DNA from: Guillardia theta CCMP2712
Lineage: Eukaryota; Protista; Cryptophyta
Direction: 5' to 3'
Assembly: GCF_000315625.1 (NCBI RefSeq)
Contig: NW_005434669.1
Location: forward strand, 155,486 to 219,485
Length of the DNA stretch: 64,000 nucleotides
How positions within the stretch are numbered: the first letter of the stretch is position 1; every line of letters starts with the position of its first letter. Below, in pieces: positions 23,607 to 37,200 of this stretch. Under the pieces are notes generated by a model. It did not search any database and was not told where the DNA came from. It was given only the letters and a program-made list of their open reading frames with translations. A program made the position numbers and the translations under genes.

Positions 23607-24583
23607 CGAGCTTCAAACTTTGTTCCGAAAACCTTTCCGAATTATTTGGTTGCGTCCATTTCCAGATTACTCAGCAGCATACATCCGAGGAGCAGGAGGG
23701 AGACAGTGAGCTCGCAGGAAGGACAGGAGATGAACAGCAGGATCTAACCCGTATAAGTTTGCTGGGATCCAATCACATCCTTCTCGGCATCAGGTTCAAC
23801 GCGCTTCTCTCCATCTAGCATGACCACAGGAAATCCCATACATCCCTAGGAAACCCCACCCCACCCGAAAACCTCTTCGACACCCTCTACCCATGGAAAA
23901 AATATTTCACCCGTACTAAACCACATGTACCCGTCCTTTTGACTCATCACCCCCTCGAAACTTGATCAGTACCCCTACTAATTTCCTTTATCAACCTGAA
24001 GATGTCTCAAAGTACCCACACATTCACACAAGTACCCATGAAAATACCAGTACCCTACCCACCTTTCTAAATGACCATCCCTCAGAACCTACTAAAACAC
24101 TTAAAACATTTGTTATGTTAGAACTGTACTGATAAAATAAAGTAATGAATAAAATTGTAGTACTAAGATTTCTAAAATCTTGTTGCATCAAAGTTGCATT
24201 ATTTATCAACACAAATTTTAGTCAAATATCTTCAAACGAATAAGTACACACACTACACATTTTGTACGTGAATCAGAACTGCTGGAAGCAAATTATCCTT
24301 TTAGTGCATCTCAAGGGTACAAATAAAATAATTTATAAAATAATTTATAACCACTTTTTGGTTGTCCCACGACTTCATTGAAGCTGAGGCGGGTCGGGGG
24401 ATCCGTGCAAGTAAAGCGAACAATGCAGGACAGAGGCAAAGGCGGAGAGGAGGGAGGAGGGAGGAGAGAGGAGGGAGGAGGGAGGAGGGAGGAGGGAGGA
24501 GGGAGGAGAGGAGGAGGAGATGACGTTGGATCTTGATGGACTCTGTTATGATCTTAGCGAGAATGACCCACGTTGGAGGTATC

Positions 24584-24683
24584 NNNNNNNNNNNNNNNNN
24601 NNNNNNNNNNNNNNNNNNNNNNNNNNNNNNNNNNNNNNNNNNNNNNNNNNNNNNNNNNNNNNNNNNNNNNNNNNNNNNNNNNN
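24584..24683. other. Assembly gap (100 N) next to a GGGA/GGCA simple-repeat tract
   Basis: N run. Confidence 0.99.
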
Positions 24684-25169
24684 GGGAGGGAGGGTGGGTG
24701 GGTGGGTGGAAGGGAGGGAGCGAGGGAGCGAGGGAGCGAGGGAGCGAGGGAGCGAGGGAGCGAGGGAGGGAGAGTGGGGGGATGAGGGAGGGAGGGTGGA
24801 AGGGAGGGAGGAGGCAGGGAGGCAGGGAGGCAGGGAGGCAGGGAGGCAGGGAGGCAGGGAGGCAGGGAGTGTGTGTACGTGTGCTTGTTTGCAAGGTTGA
24901 TTCTGACGTATTGGCTTACTTGAAGTGCCAGCCGAAGCAGCAACGATCAATCTTACCAGAGTGCTGAGTGCGGCACTGGGAGTATTTCCATACGTGCTTT
25001 CTTCGGTTCCAGTTGGAAACGCATTGCAAGTCTCGCCAGGTGCTTGACAGTTTGATCGAGGTGATCACACTGACACCCAATAGTTTTGAATATCTTCCGT
25101 CGACCCTTTCACTTGTGCTCTTCGAATCTTCTTGTACCCCCTCATCGGCTTGACAGCGTTTTACCTCGG

Positions 25170-26812
25170 ATGCCTCCTCGACGAAAAGCCTCGGCCGGGC
25201 TGAAGGCGAAAAAAAGTGCCGAGGATGGGTTGAAAGGTCAGGAGAACCCTGAAGAAGCTGCTGCGGATGAGGAGACCAAGGTCCCTCAAAAGAGAGGGAG
25301 AGGAAGGGCTGCGAAAGAAAAAGTGGGAAAAGACCAGATTGCAGACAACAAAGGTGATACTCAGGATGAAAAAAAGCAGGCTGAACCCGAGAAAGTTACC
25401 AAGAAACGAGGGAAGAAGGAAACGGATACAGCGGAATCGGACAAACCCAAGAAGAAGGCAAAAGACGAGCAGGAGACGAATAAGAAGGAGAAAGTTGTTC
25501 AAGAGAAAGTCGCGATTGAAAAGAGCGACATCAAACATGCAGAACTCCCCAGCAAGCGTTACAAAATTGTTTCTTGGAATGTCACAACCATAAGAAGTCT
25601 AATGAAGAAAAATCCTGAGCTTCTCAAAAAGCTCATGGAGCAAGAACAGCCAGATCTCATCTGTTTTCAGGTGTTTTTGATGCTATCGAATCGATCATGA
25701 ATGATGTTTTCTTCCCTCCTGTTCACAGGAAACCAAACTCAAACAAGAAGAGCATGACGAATACGAGGAGATGTTGAAATCGCAGTTTCCAGGTGACGTT
25801 ACCCTTCTCTTAGACCCCATGCCAGCTGACTCGTGAGCAAGGGTATGAAGCTCACTTCAGCTCCAGTTTGTCCAATAAATCGTATGCTGGAACTCTTGTC
25901 TTGGTCAGATCCTCCAAGGACAAGGCAACTGCGCAGAAGCAAACCAAGATGGATTCGTTCTTCAAAGGGAAAGACTCCAAGAGCGCCAAGAAAGACGAAG
26001 AGACGGCCTGTCCTCCTCTGAAAGTCACCTTTGGGCTCTCGACTCTGTCGAAGGACGATGGGGAGATTGCAGCGGAAGTGATTCAGGAGGGAAGAACTAT
26101 TACAGTCGAGTTCGAGTCATTCTTTGTCGTTGCTACATATGTGCCCAACAGTGGAGAGAAGCTACAGCGACTGGGTATGTTGTTGTGCTCGTCTCTCTTG
26201 TTGTGTGGTTGTCTTGTGTCGTCTGGTGAGATGAATCAATCAGAATTCAGGACCAAGTTGTGGGATCGGAAAGTTGTGGAATATCTGAAGAAGCTGGAAG
26301 CATCGGGCAAGCCTGTAATGAGACAGTTATATATTGCAGCAATTGATGTATCCGTCCAGGTGATTTGGTGTGGGGACCTTAACGTCGCTCATCTGGACAA
26401 TGACATCTGGAACGTTGGCGCAAAGGTTGGAGACCAACTCTCTTCTTTCATGCTCGGTAACTCCACCACAGCATCTGGTCAAGTCCGCGGGCACGACACC
26501 CGAGGAGCGTGATTCCTTCAGCAAGATTCTAGAGGAAGGCTATGTGGATTGCTTCCGGCATTTGCACGGAGAGGTTCACTCTCGACACAGGTTCTTTTTG
26601 CTGACTAGCTGCAGGATGCCAAGGGATGGTTCAGCTACTGGAGCGTGCGAGCTGGGAATCGTCCTTGGAACCGAGGTCTTCGACTCGATTACTTCGTCGC
26701 ATCCAAGTCCCTCTGCTCTCAGGACTCTCTGCCCAGGGTGGTCGATGCTGATATCCACGATGAATTTGTCGCTATCGACCATGCAGCGATTAGTCTCACC
26801 CTCGCCGTGTAG
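25170..26812 (+). CDS. AP endonuclease, ExoIII/APE1 family, with Lys-rich N-terminal tail
   Basis: KIVSWNV, DLICFQ/ETK, YAGT, EGRTITVEF, YVPNSG, IWCGDLNVAH, AGTTPEER, FSYWS, GLRLDYF, and DH near the end. Confidence 0.93.
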
Positions 26813-26830
26813 TTCGTCATGTACCTCAAT

Positions 26831-28851
26831 GTCAGGATGTGCTCTGCCATGCCAGAGAAATACAAGAGGTTAGCCAAGTAGAAGTGGGATTAAGAAACTC
26901 TTTAAAAATCGACGGAATCTGCCTCAGATCATCGCTTTCGCGCCCTAGAGTGACTGTGATTATGTCTACTTTTCTTCATGTTGAACTCCTTGAGTTTTTC
27001 GCCACCTTCCTTCCTTATCCCCTTGATTCTTTTGCTAACGGCTCTGCGATTGATGTCAAGGAATTTCTTCTTGGTCAAGAGCATTCTTGCAAAAATCTGC
27101 AAAGTTTTCGGTTCAGCTCATATCATGATTCAATATCGCTCTTGTGATACCTTCAGTTCTTTGTTGTCCTCATCGCTCATATCTTTCGACAAACCGCACT
27201 GCGTCAACTCAGGGACAGTGATCGGATCTTGCATCAGCATTTCAAATTGGTCTGCTGACGAAGTGAAGTATTTGTCGATAATCATCCCCCCTGAACCAAA
27301 CCAAGTCAGCTCAACTTGCATCATCAAGCGTTTTGCAACCAAAATCTCCAAACTTTTGATGCCGACGAAAGACATCCAAGCTACAACTTGAGAAATAAGC
27401 AGCTGGACTTTGAATTCGAGCCAAGGCAATTCGAACATCAGAAGGAAACTTCATCAAAACCTTGTCGAATCCGACCATCTGAGCCATGGGAGGCAACCTA
27501 GTGCGCTTCCCCCGGTTGCTAATCTCTTCATTCGAGTAGACATGTAGACTTAGACGAGGAGTGATTGGAAGGCTTGTTGTGTCTCCTTGACGCAATTTTT
27601 CCATTCTCTGCTTATGATCTGTTGAGTTAATGCGATGACCTCCCAAGGCTTGCGAGCTGGTGAAATATATGTTACAAACTTCACATCGCCACGGCGTAGA
27701 TATATCTTTCATGCTTAAATCATCATTGGTGTTTTCATTGTTGGAATTCGGCTCATTTTCAACTGTTCCTTTGCTTGGAGGTGAGCTTCCAAGCGGTTGC
27801 TCTTGCGACATTTCGTACCATGTTCTTCGGTTCGTATTCGCAGGGCTGCTCTTTGGTCCTTTTCCAGCGATCCAGCTCGTTTGCTTTGCATTTGCTGGCA
27901 GATGCAAATTCTCGTTTGTTTTTGCATTCTGCAAAAGTTTCTGCAAAGACTTTGCAGATTCTTGACCTGATGGTTCTTTGGCAGGAATCAGTCTTATGCC
28001 TGAGTACATGGAATTGATGCGGGCCAGCATCTCATGTTCAGCTTTGATCTGCAAGTAAAATCAACCATCAAGTCGAAGCTGTTGTGCTGAACTCTTACCT
28101 TCAAAATTTGCAGATCATTCAATCCCTGCTCACATGGCATGCGGTGAATGTCCACTCGAATCCAGCCATGGGGAGCGAACTTCATTGGCTGAAAAGCAGT
28201 CTTGGGAATGGAAAAAATACTTTCACGATGATTTGTATTCTGAACATTGACTGTGTCAGTACTGATTGTTTTGATTACTGGACATTCTCTTGCACAACAG
28301 TTTCCATCGGGCAAAATGTTTGTGTTTACTTCGTAGAGCTTGTATTCTTTTCCATGATGATGTTCTTCGACAACCATCGCAAACCATGGCACCACCGCGG
28401 ATAAAGGTGGGAGGATTGCTGTTTGAGCGAACAACATCACTGGGTTTTGCAAATCCTGTGGAGAATCACAAACTTCTGCAACCTTCATTCCAAAGGCTTT
28501 CTCAAACGAAGAACCAAGACCACTCTGAATTGTTTTGCTGCTTTCACATTCTTGCTCTCCTTGTTTGTCGGATTCACGAAATTTCTCACAGTCGAAGGAC
28601 TTGGAAATGGTCGAAAGCAAGATTGAAGTTCTTTTGTTTGGACTTCCATCCGCCTTGTCCCTGGAAGACCACAAAACATCAGCTATGAGGAGCAAGGAGT
28701 ATGCAAGGATGTTGCTTTACCTCACAAATGGCAAAAACGCTGAGCCTTCGCTTTCTATTCTTGGTGTTTGGTTCTTTGAAGAGCTCAAGTTAAGGAGCGC
28801 AGTTGCAGCCTCGTGGTGCTGACCATTGCAGTCAGATCTGGCGGCAAGCAT
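26831..28851 (-). CDS. C2H2 zinc-finger protein with QALGGH motif
   Basis: CEVCNIYFTSSQALGGHRINSTDH. ORFs 27994-28695 and 27311-28054 are joined by a short intron near 28050-28098. Ends are approximate. Confidence 0.7.
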
Positions 28852-29397
28852 TCTGTCCTGACAGTTTCAAAACTAAGAGTTGTCCAGAAGCCGTCCCCTT
28901 CAGATCAACATTGCATGAATCGTAGCAATTGTTCGTATCGTTTGTAAGAGCTGCCTCTTCAATACGTTTCAGTCTTCATCTCCTTGTGTTTCACTCGTTA
29001 TCTTGTTCCTTATCTTTTTTCTTCTTCTCTTCGCCACATTCTGCTCATCTCACCATCTTCTGCCAGCTGCTCCGTTGCTACCAGGCGGCTAAAACAACGA
29101 GAAGAGTTTTTTAAAAAAGAGATTGTGGTACTGAAGTTTCTTCCATTTAAAACACTAATTGTTCATCTCCTTACTAATCCGATTTTAAAATTAATTTATT
29201 TGCTATGAGGGGCTTCTCTTCATTTGGTACAAATAATTATATCATAAAAACATAAAACGAATCAACAATTCCATTTTATTCCTTGATATTTCTCCGACAA
29301 GTCGCGCATGTCGGATCAAGGCCCTCATACCGCCCCCTCCCCCCTCCTCCCCCCCCCTAAACCCTCCCTCAGGGCGGCGTTCCAACTTCGGCGGAAG

Positions 29398-30477
29398 TTA
29401 CGAGGCCCGGCTCGTCTGTCGCTCAATGATGGTTCTAATGGGCCCAAAGTGCCTTGAAGTAGCGAACGAGCCTTTCTTGGCGTATCTACAAACTTGAAGA
29501 ATAGACTTGAATGAATAACACGAGTGACAAGTAACGCTAGTAAGTCAGCCAGCCTGTCCGGTCATGGCTGTCCCTCAGGCATCGAGCTCGTCGTAGATGG
29601 CAGTGATGGCAGCGATGGCTTCTTGCTCTGCTATGACATCCTGCCTTGACAAGTTTCTCTCCTGCAGTTCAGCCTGTTAGGACAACGCGCCCTCTCCCCT
29701 GCCCCCCTCAACTCACCGTGAACATCTGCTCCACAACCTCCATGATCTTCAGCACTGAGATCTTGCCGGGACGTGCCACGGTATCAGCGGAAGGAGAACA
29801 TGTTGCAAGGGACTTACCTTGTCGAACATCTTCATGATGAGCAGAGTAACTTCCCCGTGGGTAAGACTGTCGTTGAAAGAAGTCGGTCTCAGTTCCTCCA
29901 AGGACCTCGCGATGTTCTGATCGCAAGTCAGAGCTTCACAGACAATCTCACAACAAGACATACTGCTACGTGATCGATGTTGTCGACGTTGCCGTCCGCT
30001 GCCTCCTCTTTGAGATCGTCTTCGACACCCGCGCTCGGCTGATGTGAACTCTGTTGTTCCTCCATGTTCACTTCCCCTCTGATATCAATGTCTTGCTCCC
30101 TCCACACTGTCAGTGGGAGTCTAGATCCCAGAAAGTCGGGAGGAGGAGGAGGAGGGTCGGGGGAGTTTTCATCGGCAAGGAGCTTCACACCAAAGTCGTC
30201 CATTCTGTCTCGAACCGCAAGCTGACGGAGCTGTCGAATAAGAGAATTGAGAAGGGACGGAGAGGTTGCTCAACGATACCTTGAAAGCTATCGACACGCT
30301 TTCGTCGAGTTTTGATTTGAGCTCTGACGTACACGATAAACAAATTTTCTTATCATGAAGCAACATGCCCTACCTTCATTCTCACGCCTCCACATTTCAA
30401 TCTCCCTCAGGAGTGTTTCATTTTGGACGTTCAAGTGCTCTATCGAGGAGCAAGAGAGGTCAGTTCATTGAGAAACT

Positions 30478-30551
<74 letters not shown>

Positions 30552-33500
30552 GTAATGGTGATATTCAAGGAAGACAATCAGTACCAAACTCTTGAAGCCT
30601 GTCAAGACAGGCATCTCTTTCTGCCTCGATCGCTGCAGTCCGCTGATCTCCCAACACGTCACCACACATCAAACACCCTCACACGAGCATGCCTCTAGCA
30701 GCCACAACCGCTGACGCTCTCGGGCAGCTGCTTGCTCCTGCAGCAACCTGGAGGCAGACCTGCTATTCTTGATATTCTGTCGTTGGATCACTATCATGCA
30801 TCGCTACCTGCCCTCACCTTCAGCTCAATCAGCAGCAGCCGTTCTCGCTCGCTGATCAGAGACATCTTGCTGCAAGCCGACCCCGAGTAAGAACAGAGGT
30901 TGAAGTGACCTTGTCGTCCTCACCTCCTCTCGTCCTCCATGAGCATCAGAGCATCCTTGTACTTCTTCTCCAGTTGTCGCTTGTCTTCCAGCCACTTCAA
31001 AACATCATGAGCAGTTGCTTCAATCAGGGCCTGCTGACCTCCTCGCATTCCAAGTTGTGTTGAGATTTCAGCGCCTCCATCAGCTGGCGGTGTGCTTGTA
31101 GCTCGAGAACAAGATTCTGCCGTCACAGTGAGAGCAAACAAGAGCAGGACGGCAAAGGAAGAGGGGAGGGAGGGAGGGAGGGAGGGAGGGAGAGAGGGAG
31201 GGAGGGAGGGAGGGAGGGAGGGAGGGAGGGAGGGAGGGAGGGAGGGAGGGAGGGAGGGAGGGAGGGAGGGAGGGAGGGAGGGAGGGAGGGAGGGAGGGAG
31301 GCAAAGGGACAGAAAGGATAAACAAGAACTGGGGAGGTCACAAGACAAGGAGATGGAACGACCTCCTTGTCTTTCTTGAGTTCTTCGGATTGCTGACTCA
31401 GGAGTTCTGCGGCATCCCGTCATGCCAGCGAAGGGGAAGAGCGATGAAGAGACCTTTTTGATCTGTCAGACGAGCCATGTCTTGTTTCGCAGCGTCGAGC
31501 AGCTGGAGAGTTTCATAATCTTTCGAGTCTTGATGATGGAAGTATTTCTCCTTCTCCTCAAACTTCTCACTCTGGCAATCGTCGTTTTACCGACGGACAC
31601 GAAAAACAATCACAAGACTCACACTTCTGTCTTTCTCTATAATCTCTCTTGTCAAACTGCGAAGCGTCAAAGAATGTCGTCAAAGTCAGGTCATTTCAAT
31701 CTCAACACATCACTTTCTCGTCGCCTCCTGGGCCTTTTCCACCTGACTTTCCAAGAACGCAATCTACCATCTCACATTCAATTCATGTCCACTTGTTCTC
31801 TTCCTCTCCCCTTACCCTGTGCTCTGCTTCTTCGAACTTCATTCTCCATTGCCGCAGGTCCACCTCAATCTCTGCCCTTGTCATCCTCCTCCCATCAATC
31901 GCAATCAGCTCAAGATCAGATCTTGTCCGTCCTGGCGAAGCCTCCGCATCTCCTGCTCCTTCCACATCGCTCTATGATATCCTCAGCAAGAGCGTCAGGC
32001 ACACTTGCTCCTGATACCTCGTCGTTGACATCGTTGTCCCCATCCGAATCTTCGAACACATCAGATGCGCATCTCTGATTTTCTTCTCTCACCTTTTAAG
32101 AATTCCCCTGCTTTACTCATAACTGCCTCCTCCTGCCACTACCGGACGCTGAGCAACATTTCAGGAACAAACATCTCACCTTGTATCCCATCGCTTGCTT
32201 GGCCTGCATGGACAGCAGTCAGAGGGAGGTAAGATATACAAACCTCCTCGTCAACTTTCCTTCTTCCACGCTTCAGCCAGTCGTTCGTATCCTCCTCCAA
32301 TCCTGACGCTGAAGTGACCGATAGATTCAGTCGCATGCAGCTGTCAAGACGAGTGAGCAACGACGAGCTTGACATGTCAGTATCCACCAGTTTCTCCATC
32401 TGATCCCTCAAACTTCGATTGTCTTTCTCTAGTCCATCAACGATTGCTCCAAGACGGCCCCTCTGTCCGTCGTGGTGAAAACACAAGTAGACAAACAAAG
32501 TAGCACTCACTTGATATTCAAACTTCCTCTTTGCCGTGATCACCTTCAACTTGAGTTGCTTGATACAAGCTTCTCGTCTCACGAGCTCCGATCTCAAATG
32601 CTCGATCTGAGCATCAGGTCAACAAATTTTCGTGATTCCTCCTCATCCCACCTCTGCAAGAAACTTCCTATCCACATTCTCCAGCCCATCCTTTGCTGCC
32701 CTCGCCAGGATGTCTCTTTGCACCTTGACGTCTCTTACACCAACAATTCCTACAGCAACACTGATACAAACATTGAATTCTTCGATTGTCCGAGCGAGGG
32801 CTGCAGCCGTTGCCTCATGCTGAGGAGGAGGAGAGGTCAACGAGGACCAGGGCGTCTTGAACTGTCTCACCATAGCTCGCCAACGATCGCACTGACTTGA
32901 GAGATCGCTGATCTGTATCTGCACAAGTTTCAGGTCAACCGTGTGCGCGTCCGCTAGACGTCCAACCTGCTGATCTCGCACTCTTGTCCTCAGCTCTGAG
33001 ATCACAAGCACGATCTCCGCGTCTGTGGTACTCGACGTGTTGAGGAGGAGCAACGATACATGAGAGGATCTTACTCATTTGCTGAGCAGCGTCTCGCATG
33101 TCTGTTACTTGGTTGAGCTGTGCGGGGGGCGATCAGAATGGAAGCTCGCAGCAAGAGCACGCGCCTTGGCTGTAAGAGCAGAGATGTTCTTCTCAAGGTT
33201 CTTGACATCTTCACTCTTGCCGTCTTGCTCCTGGAGGGACCTGCAGTACCTTCCCTGAAGATCCTCGACCTCCTGTTGTCAACGTCAGACAGGCCACGGG
33301 ATGGTGAGGAGTGAGTTGAACTTTGGTCTTGTTTTGGAGGTGATCGCGAAGAGCCTCGTGGGCAACTTTGAGTTCTTTGATGGCTCTTTCCTTGTCCAGC
33401 ACAACTTGCTGTATTGCTGCAAGCAGATCGTCATTACTGACAGCGATGTGCAACAACAAGTTCACCAGCCAGCTCTGTCCTCAAAGGTCGTTCGATCGTC

Positions 33501-33903
33501 AACTTGACCTCTTCCTGTCGCTGCATCGTCCAGGCGGTGATGGCGTTGGCCGCTGAGTTGCGTCAGAGACTGTCAGAGTCTGTCCTTGTACCTTTGGTGA
33601 TCCAGGTGACGTTGGACCATACTTCAGACGAGGGAAACGCCTATCACAGGGTTCAGGAGGATGGGAAAATGGACAACAAGAGCAGGAGCAGGGTCTGCAG
33701 GTGTGAAGGAACACCTTGATTGCTTTCTCTTCAATGATACTTTGGCAATACACCCTGAGGGAATCAGCAGAGAACGCTTCCTCCGAGTCTGAAACAGGAG
33801 GAGCGAGGTCTTGCGAGTGCTGGGAGAGTAGATGTGAAGGTGCCATGCTTCTTGTGCTCCTTCTCCTCCTCTTCATCATCCCGACCTCACCCGCCGTCGG
33901 CAT
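29398..33903 (-). CDS. Multi-exon coiled-coil protein of unknown function
   Basis: Chain of minus-strand heptad-rich exon ORFs (VVLDKERAIKELKVAHEAL, MRSELVRREACIKQLKLK, WLEDKRQLEKKYKDAL). Boundaries are approximate. Confidence 0.55.
30479..30550. repeat. (GAT)n microsatellite, about 24 units
   Basis: Directly visible. Confidence 0.97.
31163..31301. repeat. (GGGA)n microsatellite, probably intronic
   Basis: Directly visible; similar tracts at 16224-16297 and 24684-24868. Confidence 0.95.
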
Positions 33904-34255
33904 CGTAACAATGTCGCTATGGCAGGCGCGGCATGGAGAGACGGAGCTAGGCGTGTAAGAAGGATCTTTGAAGAGGTTTGACTTCTTTTTTGAGCGTTTA
34001 ATTTTTCAAACGCCTAGTAAGCTTTGTTACTTACATATAAACAGCTACTAGCAACAAACATGCCGGGATCTGGATACACATGTTCTCCTCAGCGAACAAC
34101 AACCAAGTTCAGCTTGCAAACAGCTTTTATTGTAACAGACGATGTCTAAAAGGTGAAAGTATCTATATTTCTTAAAAAAGTGGACGCAGTCCCAAAATGC
34201 TCCAACGACAAGGCGAAGACCCGAGATCTGTCTCGGATGTCGAGCATGTCTACTA

Positions 34256-37200
34256 TCAAGCTTGCATCTGCATGGTCACGTATGTCAGCAGCGCCCGCAG
34301 AGCGTCATGCTCTCCGTTCCACCTGATGCGCAATCAACTTGGAATAAGGCCCAGCAGGATTCTTGATGAGCTCCGAATGTCGTCCCTGAAGAGCCAGTCA
34401 CTCCCTCCCGACTCCCTCCACTCCCTCCCACCTGCTCCATCACACTCCCCTTGCTGAACACCACGATGTTGTCCGCGTTCTGTCAAGACGCGTCAGGTCC
34501 AGGTCTCTACTCCCGAGTGCCGTCTCTGCTCTACCTGGATGGTGGAAAGGCGATGCGCTACGACGACGACCGTTCTCCCAACCTGGACATCTGTTACATG
34601 AGGCTCCCTCCTCCCTCGCGAGAACCATGAGGTTTTCCAGCGCCTTCTGCACGATCTTCTCGCTCTGAGAGTCAAGCGCGGAAGTAGCCTGAGGCCTATC
34701 GTCAGCACCCACCAGCAGCCCAGCGGCAATCACCTCATCCAGCAGCAGGATGTTCGGGTTCGAGACCATGGCCCTTGCAATCGCGATCCTCTGCGAGACC
34801 TGTCAGACTCCCACGTCTCCCCCATCGCCTCCCTGACCTGCTTCTGTCCGCCGCTGAGCTGAGTTCCTCGCTCTCCGCACTCCGTCTCGAAGTTGCCGGG
34901 CAGGTTCATGATGAAGTCGTACGCGTTGGCGCGCTTGGCGGCTTCATAAACTTCTTCCTTGCGAGCATCCTCCCTGGCAGCGCTAGAGTGAGATCGCATG
35001 AAACCGAGCACAGGCAGCAAGACCTTCCATAGAGGATGTTCTCGTAGATGGAGGTAGCGAACAGCACCTGCGTCCCTCACACGTCACCGAGCTCGCCGAC
35101 ATGGGCAGCCAGGCATACCGGCTCTTGGCTGACAAGCCCCAGGTGAGAGCGCAGCCAACTCAAGTTGAGCGTCTTGATGTCCTTGCCATCCAGCAGCACC
35201 TGACCTGACGTCACCATCGCTGCATCGTCAACACCACCGGGTACCTGCCCCTGGTCTGGTTCGTAGAAACGCTCGATCAGGGAGATAATCGTGCTCTTGC
35301 CACTGCCCGAGCTGCCGACAAGTGCCACTGTCTGACCGGCGTTGATGGCTGTCCAGAGTCACCGGTCGCCGGAACAAGAGGAGCGCGACTCACTCAAGTT
35401 GAGGCCGCTGAAGATTTGAGCTTCGGGTCGAGCAGGGTACGCGAAATGAACGTTCCTCAGCTCAATGTCGCCCTTCACAGAGGCAGGCCTCTCTCCGCCC
35501 TCGTCTTGAATGTCAATCTTGGGTACCTGCCGACGCATTCAGCACCCTTCACACGTGCATGGTTCGGTAGGAGTGGCGCGCGTACCCGATCAATCAGCTT
35601 GAAGATAGCAATGAGCGCTGGCTTGCCTTTGGCAATGTCCGGAGCGAGGGACCCTGCCATGCCAGCCGCCATGCCCATGAAGGTGACGGAGAAGAACACC
35701 TGATCACGCGCCAGTCAGAGAAAGCAAGGAGACCCGCGCATGCACACGTACCTGCAGCACATCCTTGAAGGTGTAATCATAATGATTCATGAGGTAAGCC
35801 CCTCCCGCAAAACCGCAGTAATATAGGAAGAACATTGTGAACAGCGAGAACCCTTGACCTACTCCTGCAGCCAAGGCAGTCTTGCGTTGACCGCCCGTAT
35901 CGGAGCTAGCCAGAGTCAGCAAACCCGCTAGTTGCAACAGCAAGTCTCACTCTAGCGCGGAATGGTAGAGGTCCTCCACCTTCTCCTCTGCTGAGAACGC
36001 GGCGACAGTTCGCAACCCAGCAACTGCCTCGCTAGCCACAGCGGTAGCCCGCTATTTACAAAGACATAATCAGCCTCCTTCCAACTCAAATCTTTGGCAG
36101 CGTTACCTGATAGGCTTTCGACAAGTCTCCGCCAGATCCCGCGATAAACTGCATTTGCAGCATATTCGCAATCACCATCAGCGGGAACGTCGAGAAGCAG
36201 ATCAGCGTCAGCATCCAGCCTCGAATGAACGCGATCGTCAAAGAGATCGCCATGATCACAATGTTCTGGATCATGAGGCCGATAGTGGTTCCGACCGCGT
36301 TCTCTACCAAGGAAGCGTCCTTGGCAAGCTTGGTCGTCAGGCTTCCGCTCGCGTTCTCCGTGTAGTCGAAGAAGCCAACGTCCTGCCGCAGCACGGAGGC
36401 AAAGCTCAGCTTCCTCAGCCGCTGCGTGAGATGCTCGCCCATGATCCCGAAGGAGAAGAGCTGCAGGAAGTTGGCAACGAAAGCAGCAACGGCCAACCCG
36501 ACGAAGCCATAGCAGTACTTGACGATCTTAGTCTCCATCAGGTTGAAGCACACGCTCGGCTCGCTGTAGAACCGATAGTAGAAGACTGGATCCACGTTAG
36601 GTACTTGGTAGCACCACATCCTGGTGTTGTTGAGAGCGGTACAGGCGCCTATCCACTGGCCGTTGCGATAGACGCAGGAGGTGTCGCAGCTCGTCTCGTC
36701 CATGAATATTGAGAACACAACCTTCTTGCCGGGGTTGAAAGGGTCCACGTTTTCTTTTTCAAGGCACATGCTGTACCCAGCGAGCATCTCCGTGAGCAGC
36801 AGCGCAAGCACAGGAAACAAAGCTCCGTTCAAGCAAGCCCCGATCGACCCTGTCAAGGCCCAAGGGAAGAACTCCGGGCTGTTCAGCTTGAACGCTCGGC
36901 TCAGGTAGCCTTTCTCGGCTTTCTTCTCCTCCTCGCTTACCTCCTTGAGCACCACATCTGTCGTAGACTTGGTCGCTGACACTGTGTCCTGCACAGGCTG
37001 ACTTGCCTGGGTTGGCTTCTCCTCTGTTGTGGCTGGAGTCCCTCCTACCGCCGCCTCTCCCGCCATCATCTGCTTCGAGACAAGCTCCCGGTAGAAGCCG
37101 TCCTGCTTCGCGTACAGCTCCTCATGCGTCCCCTCCTCGACGATGGTGCCCGTCTGGAAGACACAGATCTTGTCTGCGTTGCGGATGGTCGACAGGCGGT

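Noticed and set aside
30365-30698. Poly-D, poly-M and poly-H ORFs
   Set aside because: Translations of a (GAT)n microsatellite.
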